From the IMG/VR virus record IMGVR_UViG_3300029705_000102: a DNA stretch of 64,000 nucleotides, one strand, 5' to 3'. Under the pieces are notes generated by a model. It did not search any database and had not been told where the DNA came from. It saw only the letters and a list, made by a program, of their open reading frames with translations. The stretch comes from an uncultured virus (IMG/VR IMGVR_UViG_3300029705_000102) (lineage: Duplodnaviria > Heunggongvirae > Uroviricota > Caudoviricetes). Below are positions 9,210-19,670 of the stretch, one piece after another. Position 1 is the stretch's first letter; the number at the start of each line of letters is the position of its first letter. The position numbers were made by a program, and so were the translations under genes.

Positions 9210-11504
9210 ATGTATGAAATATTAAACAAAATACTGTCTAGACTATTGTCTGGAGATTTATCTGTATTAAATTCTGAAAATGTTATCATGGTAGCTGATC
9301 AGGCTATTGATTTGTTAAACAAACCCGTTTGGGATGAGCATGATAAAATGTGTGCTAGTATTATTATTAGCATGAGTCAAATTGTTTATAACAATACTGA
9401 TTGTTCTGTATTGTTTCTAGATGATGGAATCTATGATTTACTTCTAGAAAAATACAAAGAATATGATAAAAATTTCATGGTAGGCGCCCCAATAGTGCAA
9501 TTTAATCAGCAAGGGGAAGCCGTTGTTGAAAAAGAGTTTATAGAGCCGATGGTTTTTGTTGAAAATCCTGATATTTTTGAGCAAAACTCATTTTATTTTG
9601 ATGATATTAATAAAAGACCTCCGCTGGATATAAACCTTATTAAAGACATTGATAGAAATTCTGGAAAAGTAATTTCTAAGAAAAATGTTAAGGTTCCTCA
9701 TATGTACCCAAAGCTTGTAGGCTCTCTTGATAAGTGTAAATTTACACTTAATTGTGAAGCTATAGATAGAGGTGCATTTGAAGATGACAATGTTAAAGTC
9801 TTCGAAAGAGACTTTTTAGCAAAGCATTTGCAAATGGGTCTTATAGATATGACTACTCCATTTGAGCTTGTTGCAGAGCTTAAATACGATGGTGTATCTG
9901 TAGAGGCAGATGTCACAAATAAAATTCTAAGTGCAAGATCTCGTGGAGACGTAAATGAAGATATAGCAGCGGATATGACAGAAATATTTGGCGGATATCA
10001 ATTTCCTTATGCTCCTGAGATTCCTGAAACGGAAGCATTTGGAATGAAATTTGAAGCAATAATTAGCTATATTAACCTCGATAAGCTTGGAAGATTAAAG
10101 GGTAAATACTATAAAAACAGCAGAAATGGTATTATTGGTCTTTTGGGATCTTCCGATGCTTATGACTATAGAGATTTAATTACACTTATTCCATTAGCAA
10201 CTTCTATGGAAGATATCGATAGAGTTACAGAAATAGAATTCTTAAATAAGTATTATCATTCTGGAGAATATCTAAGATATTCAGTGCTTAAAGGAAACTA
10301 TACAAGTATTCTTTATCAAGTAAGAAAATTCGTAGAAGAAGCTGAAACTATGAGAAATATGCTTCCGTTTATGTATGATGGAGTAGTTATTTCTTATAGA
10401 GATCCTAAAATAATCAAGGCACTTGGTAGAGAAAATTCTATAAATAAATATAGTATGGCTATCAAGTTCAATCCTCTTGTTCGAGAAGCTGTATTCACAG
10501 GATATACTTACAGCATAGGACAAGATGGAACAGTAACCCCAATGATCCATTACACCCCAGTAGAATTTTATGGAACAATTCATACAAAATCTAGTGGTCA
10601 TTCTTATAAAAGATTTATAGATTTACAGCTTGCTATTGGGGATATAATTCAGGTAGAATACACGAATGACGTTATGCCATACGTGACAAAACCTGAAATT
10701 ATGGCCAATTATAGAAATGCGAATGAGCCAGAGTTATTTCCCGAGTTCTGTCCTTATTGTGGAACAGCACTTATTGTTAATGAGTCTGGTAAATCTGCAA
10801 TTTGTCCTAATAAGCAATGCCCGGAAAGAGTTATTGCTAAAATGGCAAATATGATGTCTAAGCTCAATCTCAAAGATTTTGGAGAGGAGACATTTAGATT
10901 TCTTGGGACTAAGAGCTTGAGTCAACTTCTTAATTACACTTATGAAGATATTAAAGAACTTGGTCCAGCTACTGCTGAAAAACTTCTTGAAAGAATAAAT
11001 GAAGTTAAAACGACTCCATTATATGATTATAAAATTATGGGATCTATCGGATTTACAGGAATAGCTGTAGAAACGTGGAAGAAGATTCTTAATGTAATTC
11101 CTTTAGTAGAAGTGGCAACAGATTCAGATGAAGATCTTTATCTAAAGCTTAAATCTATTAAAGGAATTGGAGAAGTAACAGCAAAAATTATTGTTCATGA
11201 GAGGCATGATTTGGAGAGTGATATATCGGAAATTTTAAGACTACCTAGTTTAATGATTTCTTTTGGAGTTAAATCTGGAAAGATGATTAGATACACTGGT
11301 TGTCGTCCGACTGATGAACTTACAAATTATTTAACCTCTAAAGGTTGTGATGCTAGAGCTGATGCAGGAGTTACAAAAGCTACAGATGTGCTTGTAGTTC
11401 CTTATAACGGATTCTCTAGTTCCAAAACATCAAAAGTTGGAGATAATACTATAATTGTGGATTATGCCGCTTTTAGTGCAGATCCTGATAAGTATATCTC
11501 TTGA
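9210..11504 (+). CDS. ligA: NAD+-dependent DNA ligase
   Basis: ELKYDG adenylation motif, SRGD, YDGVVI, MAIKF, OB domain, Zn finger CPYC...CPNKQC, HhH GIGEVTA, C-terminal BRCT-like domain. Confidence 0.93.
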   Translation: MYEILNKILSRLLSGDLSVLNSENVIMVADQAIDLLNKPVWDEHDKMCASIIISMSQIVYNNTDCSVLFLDDGIYDLLLEKYKEYDKNFMVGAPIVQFNQQGEAVVEKEFIEPMVFVENPDIFEQNSFYFDDINKRPPLDINLIKDIDRNSGKVISKKNVKVPHMYPKLVGSLDKCKFTLNCEAIDRGAFEDDNVKVFERDFLAKHLQMGLIDMTTPFELVAELKYDGVSVEADVTNKILSARSRGDVNEDIAADMTEIFGGYQFPYAPEIPETEAFGMKFEAIISYINLDKLGRLKGKYYKNSRNGIIGLLGSSDAYDYRDLITLIPLATSMEDIDRVTEIEFLNKYYHSGEYLRYSVLKGNYTSILYQVRKFVEEAETMRNMLPFMYDGVVISYRDPKIIKALGRENSINKYSMAIKFNPLVREAVFTGYTYSIGQDGTVTPMIHYTPVEFYGTIHTKSSGHSYKRFIDLQLAIGDIIQVEYTNDVMPYVTKPEIMANYRNANEPELFPEFCPYCGTALIVNESGKSAICPNKQCPERVIAKMANMMSKLNLKDFGEETFRFLGTKSLSQLLNYTYEDIKELGPATAEKLLERINEVKTTPLYDYKIMGSIGFTGIAVETWKKILNVIPLVEVATDSDEDLYLKLKSIKGIGEVTAKIIVHERHDLESDISEILRLPSLMISFGVKSGKMIRYTGCRPTDELTNYLTSKGCDARADAGVTKATDVLVVPYNGFSSSKTSKVGDNTIIVDYAAFSADPDKYIS

Positions 11505-11699
11505 TAGATTAAGGGAGCACTAATGCTCCCTTTTTCTTTTGCATATATTTGTAATAAAATTACATTTAACAAAAACCGTTGTAAAAAGTTACAAAGACTT
11601 AAACTTTTTAGTAATCGTATATTATAAATTTGAAGATAAGTCTCTCAGTGGGAATTGAGAGACTTTCTTATATACAAAAATTTTAGGAGGATTTTTACC

Positions 11700-12311
11700 A
11701 TGAGCAAAACTTTCGAATTCGAGCAGACCAGCATTCCCAGTCAATTTTCTATCAACCTGAAGGATAACTTCGGTATGTTGTGGGTAGACACTAGAAGTGC
11801 TGATCTCTATCGCACCCTGTTTTCTGCAATTGCAGATACTCTTAAGCATAATCAGTCTAAAGAGGCTGGCCGTATCGGAATGATCATGAAAGACGATAAG
11901 GGTCATTTCAAACTCGGTGCTATTCTTACCTATAAGAAGCCTGAGGAAGATTCTGAAGAGGATACCGGTAACTGGTATCTTGAGTTCACGCTCGATCCTG
12001 AAGATATGACGGATCTTGCGCTTGAGATCGATAACCATTCTGACGTATTTATTCGTTGTGCAGCTGAAGAGGCAAACAATATTTGTTATGGCCGTTTCCG
12101 CTCCACCGAAATCATGTACAATATTTTCAACTGTGCAATTGACACCCTTGTACAGTTCCTCGATGTAAATGCAACTGAAGCAGATGATGTTGATGTAAAT
12201 CTTCGTGGCATCTTTACAGCTTCTGTCGCAATCGAAGGCGGTAAGAAAGTGATGTCTATTGTTCCTGGAGAATATATCAAGCAGATTATCAAGAATGATG
12301 CTGCTCTCTGA
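11700..12311 (+). CDS. Probable HU/IHF-fold DNA-binding protein, possibly two tandem domains
   Basis: C-terminal VNLRGIFTA...VMSIVPGEYIKQIIK resembles HU VxLxGFGxF...FKPGKxLKD; codon usage like the highly expressed capsid gene; both promoter types upstream (11602, 11618). Confidence 0.5.
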   Translation: MSKTFEFEQTSIPSQFSINLKDNFGMLWVDTRSADLYRTLFSAIADTLKHNQSKEAGRIGMIMKDDKGHFKLGAILTYKKPEEDSEEDTGNWYLEFTLDPEDMTDLALEIDNHSDVFIRCAAEEANNICYGRFRSTEIMYNIFNCAIDTLVQFLDVNATEADDVDVNLRGIFTASVAIEGGKKVMSIVPGEYIKQIIKNDAAL

Positions 12312-12397
12312 TAAATAATCCAAGATAGAAAACCGGATGGTTTTTGGCCATCCGGTTTATTTTTAAACTATTATTTTATTTTTGGAGGGCGGATATT

Positions 12398-13039
12398 ATG
12401 TCATTAGAAAAAGCAAAAATCGATGATGCGATTTATGACGTTATAACTATTGATGAATTCAATCAGAACCCTAACGCATATGGCGCATATACTGCTATCA
12501 GAGGAAATGATGGCTATGTTTATCCGATTAGATCGAGATCGGATACAAGACCAGGATTTTATCCTACAGGAGGTCTTGATTTCTTTAAGCCTCCGACATT
12601 CGGAGAAGCTCATATCTATACTCAGCAAAATATTATCAATTTTAGGGATGCTACAAATCTTAGAGAAATAATTCAAGCACAGCAGAAGCTTGCAAGTGCT
12701 GAGAGATCTATTCTTACCACTATTGATAATGTATTTGCTCCAGATATTGGAGAAAATGATACGCCTGAGATGAAAGCTCTTAAGCAGGCCATTCTGGATA
12801 AGCATATCGACCTAGATAAGTATGAACCCAGATTTGGTCCTAATTATAATAATGATAAAAGACTTCTTAGGAAGAAGAATATCACATTTGGAAAGCTAAG
12901 ATCTATTTGTAATGCTCTTGATATCAAAGCTACTATTACAATTGAAGATGCTGGGCCTGATGTTCCGAATCCTATTGGTCGAACAATCGTTGCTGAATTA
13001 ACTGGCGGTGGTGCAACTGTTGATGAAGAGGAGGATTAA
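12398..13039 (+). CDS. Protein with a C-terminal XRE/Cro-like helix-turn-helix
   Basis: ITFGKLRSICNALDIKATITI matches XRE-type C-terminal helices; GGAGG RBS. Confidence 0.55.
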   Translation: MSLEKAKIDDAIYDVITIDEFNQNPNAYGAYTAIRGNDGYVYPIRSRSDTRPGFYPTGGLDFFKPPTFGEAHIYTQQNIINFRDATNLREIIQAQQKLASAERSILTTIDNVFAPDIGENDTPEMKALKQAILDKHIDLDKYEPRFGPNYNNDKRLLRKKNITFGKLRSICNALDIKATITIEDAGPDVPNPIGRTIVAELTGGGATVDEEED

Positions 13040-13041
13040 AT

Positions 13042-14820
13042 ATGCTTACTCAGAGAGAACTTGTTGCAAACTTTATCCGAGATAAGAGAGAGCCGTTTAA
13101 TCCTCTCTTTTTCAAACGGGATGAAGATGAAATTGTTACTGAATTGATGAATGTTATTTATTCTTGTGAACGTGAGAATCAATACTTCACAATTAAAGTT
13201 GATTCGTATCGAGTCGTAGATAACTATGAAGAGATTAATAATATCCTTTATCATTATTACGAAGATCTTACGAAAAATAAATCAAAATCAAAGAAAAGGG
13301 ACAATCAATATGCATTCATAAATCTTAATGAATCCTGTATCAGACTTTTGATTGTTCGCTATTATATAAAAGATAGGAATGAAGAAGACTATCTCGACGT
13401 TCTTATCGCAATTCCAAGAGTTATTGATAAGTACTATTTCAAAATAAATGGAATTATGCGTTCCACATTATTTCAGATTGTTGATGGTAGTACCTATAAC
13501 AATGGAACTTCAAATGCGAAAGTCCCTAGTATTACGCTAAAGATTATATTCATGGCAGTACGTGTTAGCAGATACTATAATACATTAAAGACAACAGAAG
13601 GTGAAGAGCTTAGAATGACTTATTACCATTCTAGAATCTTTAATAAAGGTATTGCTGCTGCTAAATATATCTTTGCTAAATTCGGGTATTATGGAGGTCT
13701 AAATTTCCTTGGTCTTGAGGGATCTATCTATCTTACTAGAGAAGACCCGCATGATTCAGATATGTACACCTTCAAAGTGCATGAAAATGCATATATAAGC
13801 AGTCCTAAGTTTCTTGTAGATAGAAATGTAATGCTGCAATCTGTAATTGTAACCCTTTATAATAGTATTATTGAAGGAATTCCTTTTGAAACTCTATTTG
13901 ATAATCTTTATTGGGTTAGAAATCTCGGTGCTGAATTTAGTGGTGGTGATGAACGACTTGTATCAGTATATGATGAAGAAGATGATACCACCCCTGATAC
14001 TTTAGACAAAGGATATAGCATTCTTGACTCGTTTGAGTCCATTTATGATATCAGTACAAAACGTTCTATCAAACTTCCTGAAGAGGATAAAGAAACAACG
14101 TATCATGTACTAAGATGGATTATGAGAGAATTTAATGCTCTTCGTCTTAAAGATAACCTTGATATTAGATGCAAAAAGATTCGTTTTGCTGAGTATATTG
14201 CATCTCTTTATGCATTTAAGATTGCAAGAGGTATTTATCGTGTTTCTGATATGAATAAGAAAGCTAGTATTCTTAGCATTCGTAAAGCTATTAGAACCGA
14301 CCCTAATTATCTTCTTGTGGCAATTACCAAATCCAAAATGGTATCATATAGAAACATGGTTTCTGATCTTGATGCTATGCAGGCTCTTAAGTACACTTAC
14401 AAAGGTGTATCTGGCCTTGGAGAAAATTCAAATAATTCTATTCCTGATATCTATCGTTCTATCCATCCTAGTCATATTGGTCGTGTAGATCTTGATGCAT
14501 CTAGCGATGGAAATCCTGGTATTACAGGAACTCTTTGCCCCTATGCTCCAGTGTATGATGGATTCTTTGAAGACTATCATGAACCAAATGCATGGGCATC
14601 AGAGTTTATGGAAACTATGGAAGAATATAAGAAAGCTCAAAATCTTAAAGATGCTTTGATCTTTGAAGAGAGAATTTTGGGTAAAGATAAGACGGAAGAG
14701 ATAGAAGTGACGTCTGAAATCATTGCCTCGATGCAACAAATTATTAAACCAATGATTTTTGCAGATCAAGGCGAAGAAATCAGTATGGAGGACGTGCTCT
14801 ATGGCTCAAACAAAAATTAA
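13042..14820 (+). CDS. Non-virion RNA polymerase beta subunit, N-terminal part
   Basis: YFKING...FQIVD; RSIHPSHIGRVDLDASSDGNPG corresponds to RpoB [23 protein letters not shown]. Confidence 0.88.
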   Translation: MLTQRELVANFIRDKREPFNPLFFKRDEDEIVTELMNVIYSCERENQYFTIKVDSYRVVDNYEEINNILYHYYEDLTKNKSKSKKRDNQYAFINLNESCIRLLIVRYYIKDRNEEDYLDVLIAIPRVIDKYYFKINGIMRSTLFQIVDGSTYNNGTSNAKVPSITLKIIFMAVRVSRYYNTLKTTEGEELRMTYYHSRIFNKGIAAAKYIFAKFGYYGGLNFLGLEGSIYLTREDPHDSDMYTFKVHENAYISSPKFLVDRNVMLQSVIVTLYNSIIEGIPFETLFDNLYWVRNLGAEFSGGDERLVSVYDEEDDTTPDTLDKGYSILDSFESIYDISTKRSIKLPEEDKETTYHVLRWIMREFNALRLKDNLDIRCKKIRFAEYIASLYAFKIARGIYRVSDMNKKASILSIRKAIRTDPNYLLVAITKSKMVSYRNMVSDLDAMQALKYTYKGVSGLGENSNNSIPDIYRSIHPSHIGRVDLDASSDGNPGITGTLCPYAPVYDGFFEDYHEPNAWASEFMETMEEYKKAQNLKDALIFEERILGKDKTEEIEVTSEIIASMQQIIKPMIFADQGEEISMEDVLYGSNKN

Positions 14821-15034
14821 ATACTTTATCTATTCTGCAGAACAATTGCAGATGATGCGCTCAGTTGAATCTAGGCTAGGAAAGAAATTTCAGGTTGGAC
14901 AAGTAATAGTAAATGGTGTTAAAAAGCCTTTTACAGAATTATCTCTAACTGATAAATCTCGATATAGTGATGCTAAAATTGTAGCGCAAGGCGATCCTGA
15001 TAAAATGAGCTATACACTTCCTGGTGGGAGGTAA
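14801..15034 (+). CDS. Small hypothetical protein (77 aa)
   Basis: GGAGG RBS before the ATG at 14801; overlaps the end of the RNAP gene. Confidence 0.7.
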   Translation: MAQTKIKYFIYSAEQLQMMRSVESRLGKKFQVGQVIVNGVKKPFTELSLTDKSRYSDAKIVAQGDPDKMSYTLPGGR

Positions 15035-15036
15035 AT

Positions 15037-15378
15037 ATGCAGATTAAAGAACCGCTGATAGAACCAATGATTTATCACGGTCCAGGTGGCTGCCCAAAGT
15101 GCAGCGGACCAATTACTGTAGCTGATAGCGAACTTACTATCATGGACTTAAACCAAGATGGTGATCCTATTAGTTCAGAAACGACAATCCGCTGCATGGG
15201 TTGCTGCATGCACTGTGGCAACAAAATTCCTATGATGAGATTTAAAGGTTCCTATATTCCATATAGTGAATCTTCGAAAATCATCAGAACCATGGAATTC
15301 AAAGATGAAATGGCTCAGCGAATAGCTGAAATCAATAAAAATTCTAATGGCAAAAATCCATTTGCCATAGAATCGTAG
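15037..15378 (+). CDS. Zinc-ribbon protein
   Basis: CPKC...CMHC pairs; N-terminal LIEPMIY motif. Confidence 0.75.
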   Translation: MQIKEPLIEPMIYHGPGGCPKCSGPITVADSELTIMDLNQDGDPISSETTIRCMGCCMHCGNKIPMMRFKGSYIPYSESSKIIRTMEFKDEMAQRIAEINKNSNGKNPFAIES

Positions 15379-15387
15379 GAGGAAAAC

Positions 15388-16023
15388 ATGTTAAATATTT
15401 ATGGGAAGTTAAAATTCCATTACGACAACTTGTTAACACGTCCTGCACCACCTCAGAATACTTTTGATAGCATTAGAACTGTATATGAAGAAGCTTTTGA
15501 TATTAAAATTCCGAGGTATGACGTTTATAGATCCAAAATAGAAGTTGACAACTGTCCAATATCGGACATTGTTACTTTAGTTGGGCCTAAAGAAAAAGAT
15601 ACAAGAAAACTTCCAAGTGGTGTCATTACTTGCCACAATTCAATTGTATATGTCGATATAATTGATGAAAGATTTCTTGATATTGGCTCTAATGAAGAAG
15701 CAGATGAATATATTAAGCATGTTTATAACGTGATTAATGAAATAATCTCTTATGATCATATGAGCATGAGTGTAACAAAGGCAGCAAAAAATCCGCATGG
15801 AATGCTGTTAAAAATGTTACCATTTTATTATACTTTGCATCATGCATGCTCGATTTTTCCAGCTTATGTTAATGAGGAGTTGTTTATAGAAATTCTTCTA
15901 AATAATAAGCTAGTCAAATCTAAAAATGAAGCCGAAACGGTTATCAATCAGGTCGTTATGAATGCATTTTCTGATATTCCGCCTATTATATATTCGCTTA
16001 TCAGAATGCATATGAGTGAGTGA
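15388..16023 (+). CDS. Hypothetical protein
   Basis: AGGAGG RBS; 211-aa ORF in the operon. Confidence 0.8.
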   Translation: MLNIYGKLKFHYDNLLTRPAPPQNTFDSIRTVYEEAFDIKIPRYDVYRSKIEVDNCPISDIVTLVGPKEKDTRKLPSGVITCHNSIVYVDIIDERFLDIGSNEEADEYIKHVYNVINEIISYDHMSMSVTKAAKNPHGMLLKMLPFYYTLHHACSIFPAYVNEELFIEILLNNKLVKSKNEAETVINQVVMNAFSDIPPIIYSLIRMHMSE

Positions 16024-16028
16024 TAATT

Positions 16029-16361
16029 ATGGCATTCTCATTTGAACAAGAACCGCGCTCAAATCCGGAAGGGCTTATTGATCCTTTTATAATTACCGAG
16101 CGTTATGATATCTGCCCTAAATGCAGAGCTCAAAGAGTCGAACTTTATAGCTTCAATAATATACCTCAAAATTATAGCGATGCTGTTAATGCATATCTTA
16201 GAGGATATGAGGTAAATTATAATAAATACGAAATTCATATGATGAAATGTAAATCATGTAATCATGAATTTGTAATAGATTGGACTATGGGGTTTCCAGT
16301 TCCATTGAAAAATAGCTATAGAACAAATAGATTCTTTTCTGAATTTGTACGAGGGTACTAA
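16029..16361 (+). CDS. Zinc-ribbon protein
   Basis: CPKC...CKSC pairs; LIDPFII motif near the N-terminus. Confidence 0.75.
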   Translation: MAFSFEQEPRSNPEGLIDPFIITERYDICPKCRAQRVELYSFNNIPQNYSDAVNAYLRGYEVNYNKYEIHMMKCKSCNHEFVIDWTMGFPVPLKNSYRTNRFFSEFVRGY

Positions 16362-16484
16362 GAATACTGCTACTTCCTGTAGGAGTAGCAGTATTTATTT
16401 TTGTCATAAGAGTTTATTTTTATACAAATATAGACTCTTCAACAACATAATAAGACAATATCGAATGATATGGAGGTGTTTTTA

Positions 16485-19199
16485 ATGAAATTCGCATCTA
16501 TATATCTTTCAAATTATATAGGAATTTATAATGGTATGGGTTTATATGAAATCCATATCGATATGAGTAAGTGTAAAAATCGTATAACCATTATACGTGG
16601 TGATAATGGATCCGGAAAATCTACACTATCAAAGGCAATGAGCCTTTTCCCAGATCCTACAGATTCATTTATTCCTGGAATGCCGGCTAGAAAAGAGATA
16701 GTTCTTGTTGATGGAACTACTCTTTATAAACTTTCTTTTGTTCACGGTGTAACAAAAAATGGTGATAGAGAGCCAACAAAAGCATACATTACCAAAACAT
16801 TTGGTGATCAAATTATTGAATTAAATGAGAATGGTAATGTAACCTCATTTAAAGATATTCTTTATTCTGAGCTTGGACTTGATGCTAATTTTGCAGCTCT
16901 ATCTCAATTAAGTAACGATGATAGAGGTTTAGCAGATAAACGTCCTGCTGACAGAAAAAGATTTGTAAATTCTATTATTTCATCTTTAGATGTGTATAAT
17001 GGTATTTATAAAACTTTAACAAAAAGGTCTTCAAATTATAAATCTATGATAAATGCTGTTGTTGGAAAACTTAATGTATTGGGTGACGAAAATTCGCTTA
17101 ATGCAAATTTAGAAGCTCTTGAAGAAAAAATAAATGAGTTTCAAAATAGAAAAGATGCTGCAGTTGCTGCTCTTGCAAAAGAGCAATCAACGATACAGCT
17201 TCTTGATCCTGATGGCTCAATTCAAAATGCTAATGCTTTAGTTATTGCGGAGCTTGAATTAGCTGAAAAAGATGCGCGCCAGATTCAGTCTATTATAGAT
17301 GGACTTGTCATAGATAATGGTATTAAAGTATCTGATTATTATAAAGGATATAAAATAACTGTGGATAACAAGAATTCATTAATTATAGAAAACCAAATTG
17401 CTAGAAATAGTATCGAGTCTTTGATGCGGCAAAAAGAGCAAGAAGCTGAAGAGCTCTCTGGAAAGATCCAAAAACTTAATTCTTTACAGAGCGGTTATAA
17501 ATATGAGACTCTAAAATCTAAAGTAGATGAGTATGCAAAAGAACTTGGCACTATTGAAGCAACGTTTAGAGAAATTGGAATTCTAGATATGAATTCTATA
17601 AATAAAGAAGAGTATATTCTTGCGCTAGAGACCTTAAAAGATCTAGATATGTATATTTCTTCTTTTAAAGATTCTGTAAGATTAGAAGTATTAGAATCTA
17701 TTGTAAATGAATATATGCAAACTGGAATTATTCCAGAAAGAAAGAATCCTGCTATGATTAGTCGCGAAATTAAGAATGCAGAAAATGAAATCGATGGCTG
17801 CAATCTTGAAAAAGCGGCTATTAATTCTAGAATTGGTTTGCTCGATAAATTAAAACTCAGACCTGAAGGATGTGTTGATAATACTTGTCCATTTATAAAA
17901 GATGCATTAGAATTTTCTGCTGGAAATCCTAAAGATCGATTAGATAGTCTTGATGCTCTTATATATTCATTAAAAGGATTTATTAATATAGAGAATGAAA
18001 AGCTTACAGATGTAGAAGAGTATAATAATGCAATAAATCAATTTGCTATTATTGTACGAGAAATTGATAAGAATGGGGCTGTACTGTCCAAGATGCCAGA
18101 AGGAGAAATGTTTAAAAATAAATCTATCTTCTTTAGTCGACTTATTCAAGGTTATAGTTTTGAGTACATGCGTCATATTTATAAATATATTGATATGGCT
18201 AATCTATTCGATACCTATAAACAATATAAAACTATTTATGATAGTTATAATGAAGAGCTTAAATCTTATGAAGGAAAAGTTGAAATCATTATTGCATTAA
18301 ATGAAGATATTGATAATATCAATAAAACTATTAACGCTATAATGGACAAGATAGATCCTATAAATAAAGAAATTCTTGAAAGAGAAATAAAGATAGCTCA
18401 ACTTCAAGAGCTAGAAGGTGTCTATAATGCTATTATAATTCAATTAGAAAAGAAAGCCCCTATTGAAGCTAAAATAGCGGATTGTCGTTCTAAACTTCTA
18501 GATAATAATAGAAAAATGAATGACATTAATTCTGCATTAGCAAGAGCGGAAACAGCAAAAGAAAGTATTAATCAATGTAACTTTGCTTTAGCTCCTCTCA
18601 TGAAAGAAAGAGATAAGGTATCGCATTCTGTACAAATGATGAAAGATTATCTTACTGAAAAAGAAGAACTACAAGCAAATTATGACTTTATAGAAACCAT
18701 TAAATACTACTCGTCTCCTACAACAGGAATACAATTGGTATTTATGGAACTTTATATGGGTAAAATCATTGCATTAGCTAATGAACTATTGTCATTACTA
18801 TTTAATGGGCAATTTAAAATTCAGCCGTTTGTTATTAATGAATCCGAATTTAGAATACCTTGTTTAGGAAATGGATATTTAAATGATGATATATCCTCTA
18901 TGAGTAGTTCTCAGATTGGTATGATATCTATGATTCTTAGTTTTGCATTATTGCATCATTCTAGTTCTAAATATAATATTATTAAGCTTGATGAGATTGA
19001 TGGTCCTTTAGACTATAACAATCGTATGTATTTTACAGAAGTTCTTAATAGTATAATGGATATTATGGGAACAGAACAATGCATAATGATTTCTCATAAC
19101 TCAGAACTTCAAATTGATAATTCCGATGTAATCCTTCTCAGACATGATGAAAATAATATGGATTATGAAAGAGGAAATGTTATTTGGAGATTTCAGTAA
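16485..19199 (+). CDS. sbcC: SbcC/Rad50-like ATPase
   Basis: Walker A GDNGSGKS, long coiled coils, zinc-hook-like CVDNTCP, signature MSSSQ, Walker B/D-loop KLDEIDGPLD, ISH. Confidence 0.92.
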   Translation: MKFASIYLSNYIGIYNGMGLYEIHIDMSKCKNRITIIRGDNGSGKSTLSKAMSLFPDPTDSFIPGMPARKEIVLVDGTTLYKLSFVHGVTKNGDREPTKAYITKTFGDQIIELNENGNVTSFKDILYSELGLDANFAALSQLSNDDRGLADKRPADRKRFVNSIISSLDVYNGIYKTLTKRSSNYKSMINAVVGKLNVLGDENSLNANLEALEEKINEFQNRKDAAVAALAKEQSTIQLLDPDGSIQNANALVIAELELAEKDARQIQSIIDGLVIDNGIKVSDYYKGYKITVDNKNSLIIENQIARNSIESLMRQKEQEAEELSGKIQKLNSLQSGYKYETLKSKVDEYAKELGTIEATFREIGILDMNSINKEEYILALETLKDLDMYISSFKDSVRLEVLESIVNEYMQTGIIPERKNPAMISREIKNAENEIDGCNLEKAAINSRIGLLDKLKLRPEGCVDNTCPFIKDALEFSAGNPKDRLDSLDALIYSLKGFINIENEKLTDVEEYNNAINQFAIIVREIDKNGAVLSKMPEGEMFKNKSIFFSRLIQGYSFEYMRHIYKYIDMANLFDTYKQYKTIYDSYNEELKSYEGKVEIIIALNEDIDNINKTINAIMDKIDPINKEILEREIKIAQLQELEGVYNAIIIQLEKKAPIEAKIADCRSKLLDNNRKMNDINSALARAETAKESINQCNFALAPLMKERDKVSHSVQMMKDYLTEKEELQANYDFIETIKYYSSPTTGIQLVFMELYMGKIIALANELLSLLFNGQFKIQPFVINESEFRIPCLGNGYLNDDISSMSSSQIGMISMILSFALLHHSSSKYNIIKLDEIDGPLDYNNRMYFTEVLNSIMDIMGTEQCIMISHNSELQIDNSDVILLRHDENNMDYERGNVIWRFQ

Positions 19200-19265
19200 A
19201 TATTAAAGGCATGGATATACTCCATGCCTTTATTTTTTTTACTTATGACAATTATAACAAAATAT

Positions 19266-19665
19266 TAATCAGGCTTGCGTATTGGAGTTCGCCGTGGGCG
19301 CGCAGTTGGGTTCTTTTTCATTTTGTTTCCTTTCGGGTGAAAGTTTTCCATATATACCTCTGAAGTGTTTTTACGTTTTTGCCATGCGTTGAAACTCCAT
19401 TTTTTATATATCCTTTGTGAAATTTTTGCAAATCATAAAAAACTCCGTTTTTTAATATTTCTCCATACGCATTCTTTTTATCAGCCTGATTACTTACTAA
19501 GATAATAGGTCATCTGAGTCTGTCGATCTTCCTAGTCTTAGTTTGTATAATCCAAAGATCGCCAGGACGCAGCGAACCTTCAATTTTCCATTTGATTGGG
19601 GGAGGGGCGTCAATATATCATACAAAAAATGGATACAGCAGCATCTAAGAATAGATGCTGCTGTA
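19266..19665 (+). ncRNA. Putative late ncRNA carrying an array of anti-(SD+AUG) modules
   Basis: Promoter at 19256-19268; 5' end pairs with 19461-19492; five antisense translation-initiation modules at 19311-19446; terminator stem 19634-19665. Confidence 0.6.
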
Positions 19666-19670
19666 CGCTT

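Noticed and set aside
19266..19492. 6S RNA, tmRNA or tRNA identity for the stem-closed RNA
   Set aside because: The interior is largely unpaired and pyrimidine-rich rather than a rod with a central bubble; no T-arm/CCA cloverleaf recognised. An Rfam search would be needed to exclude this fully.
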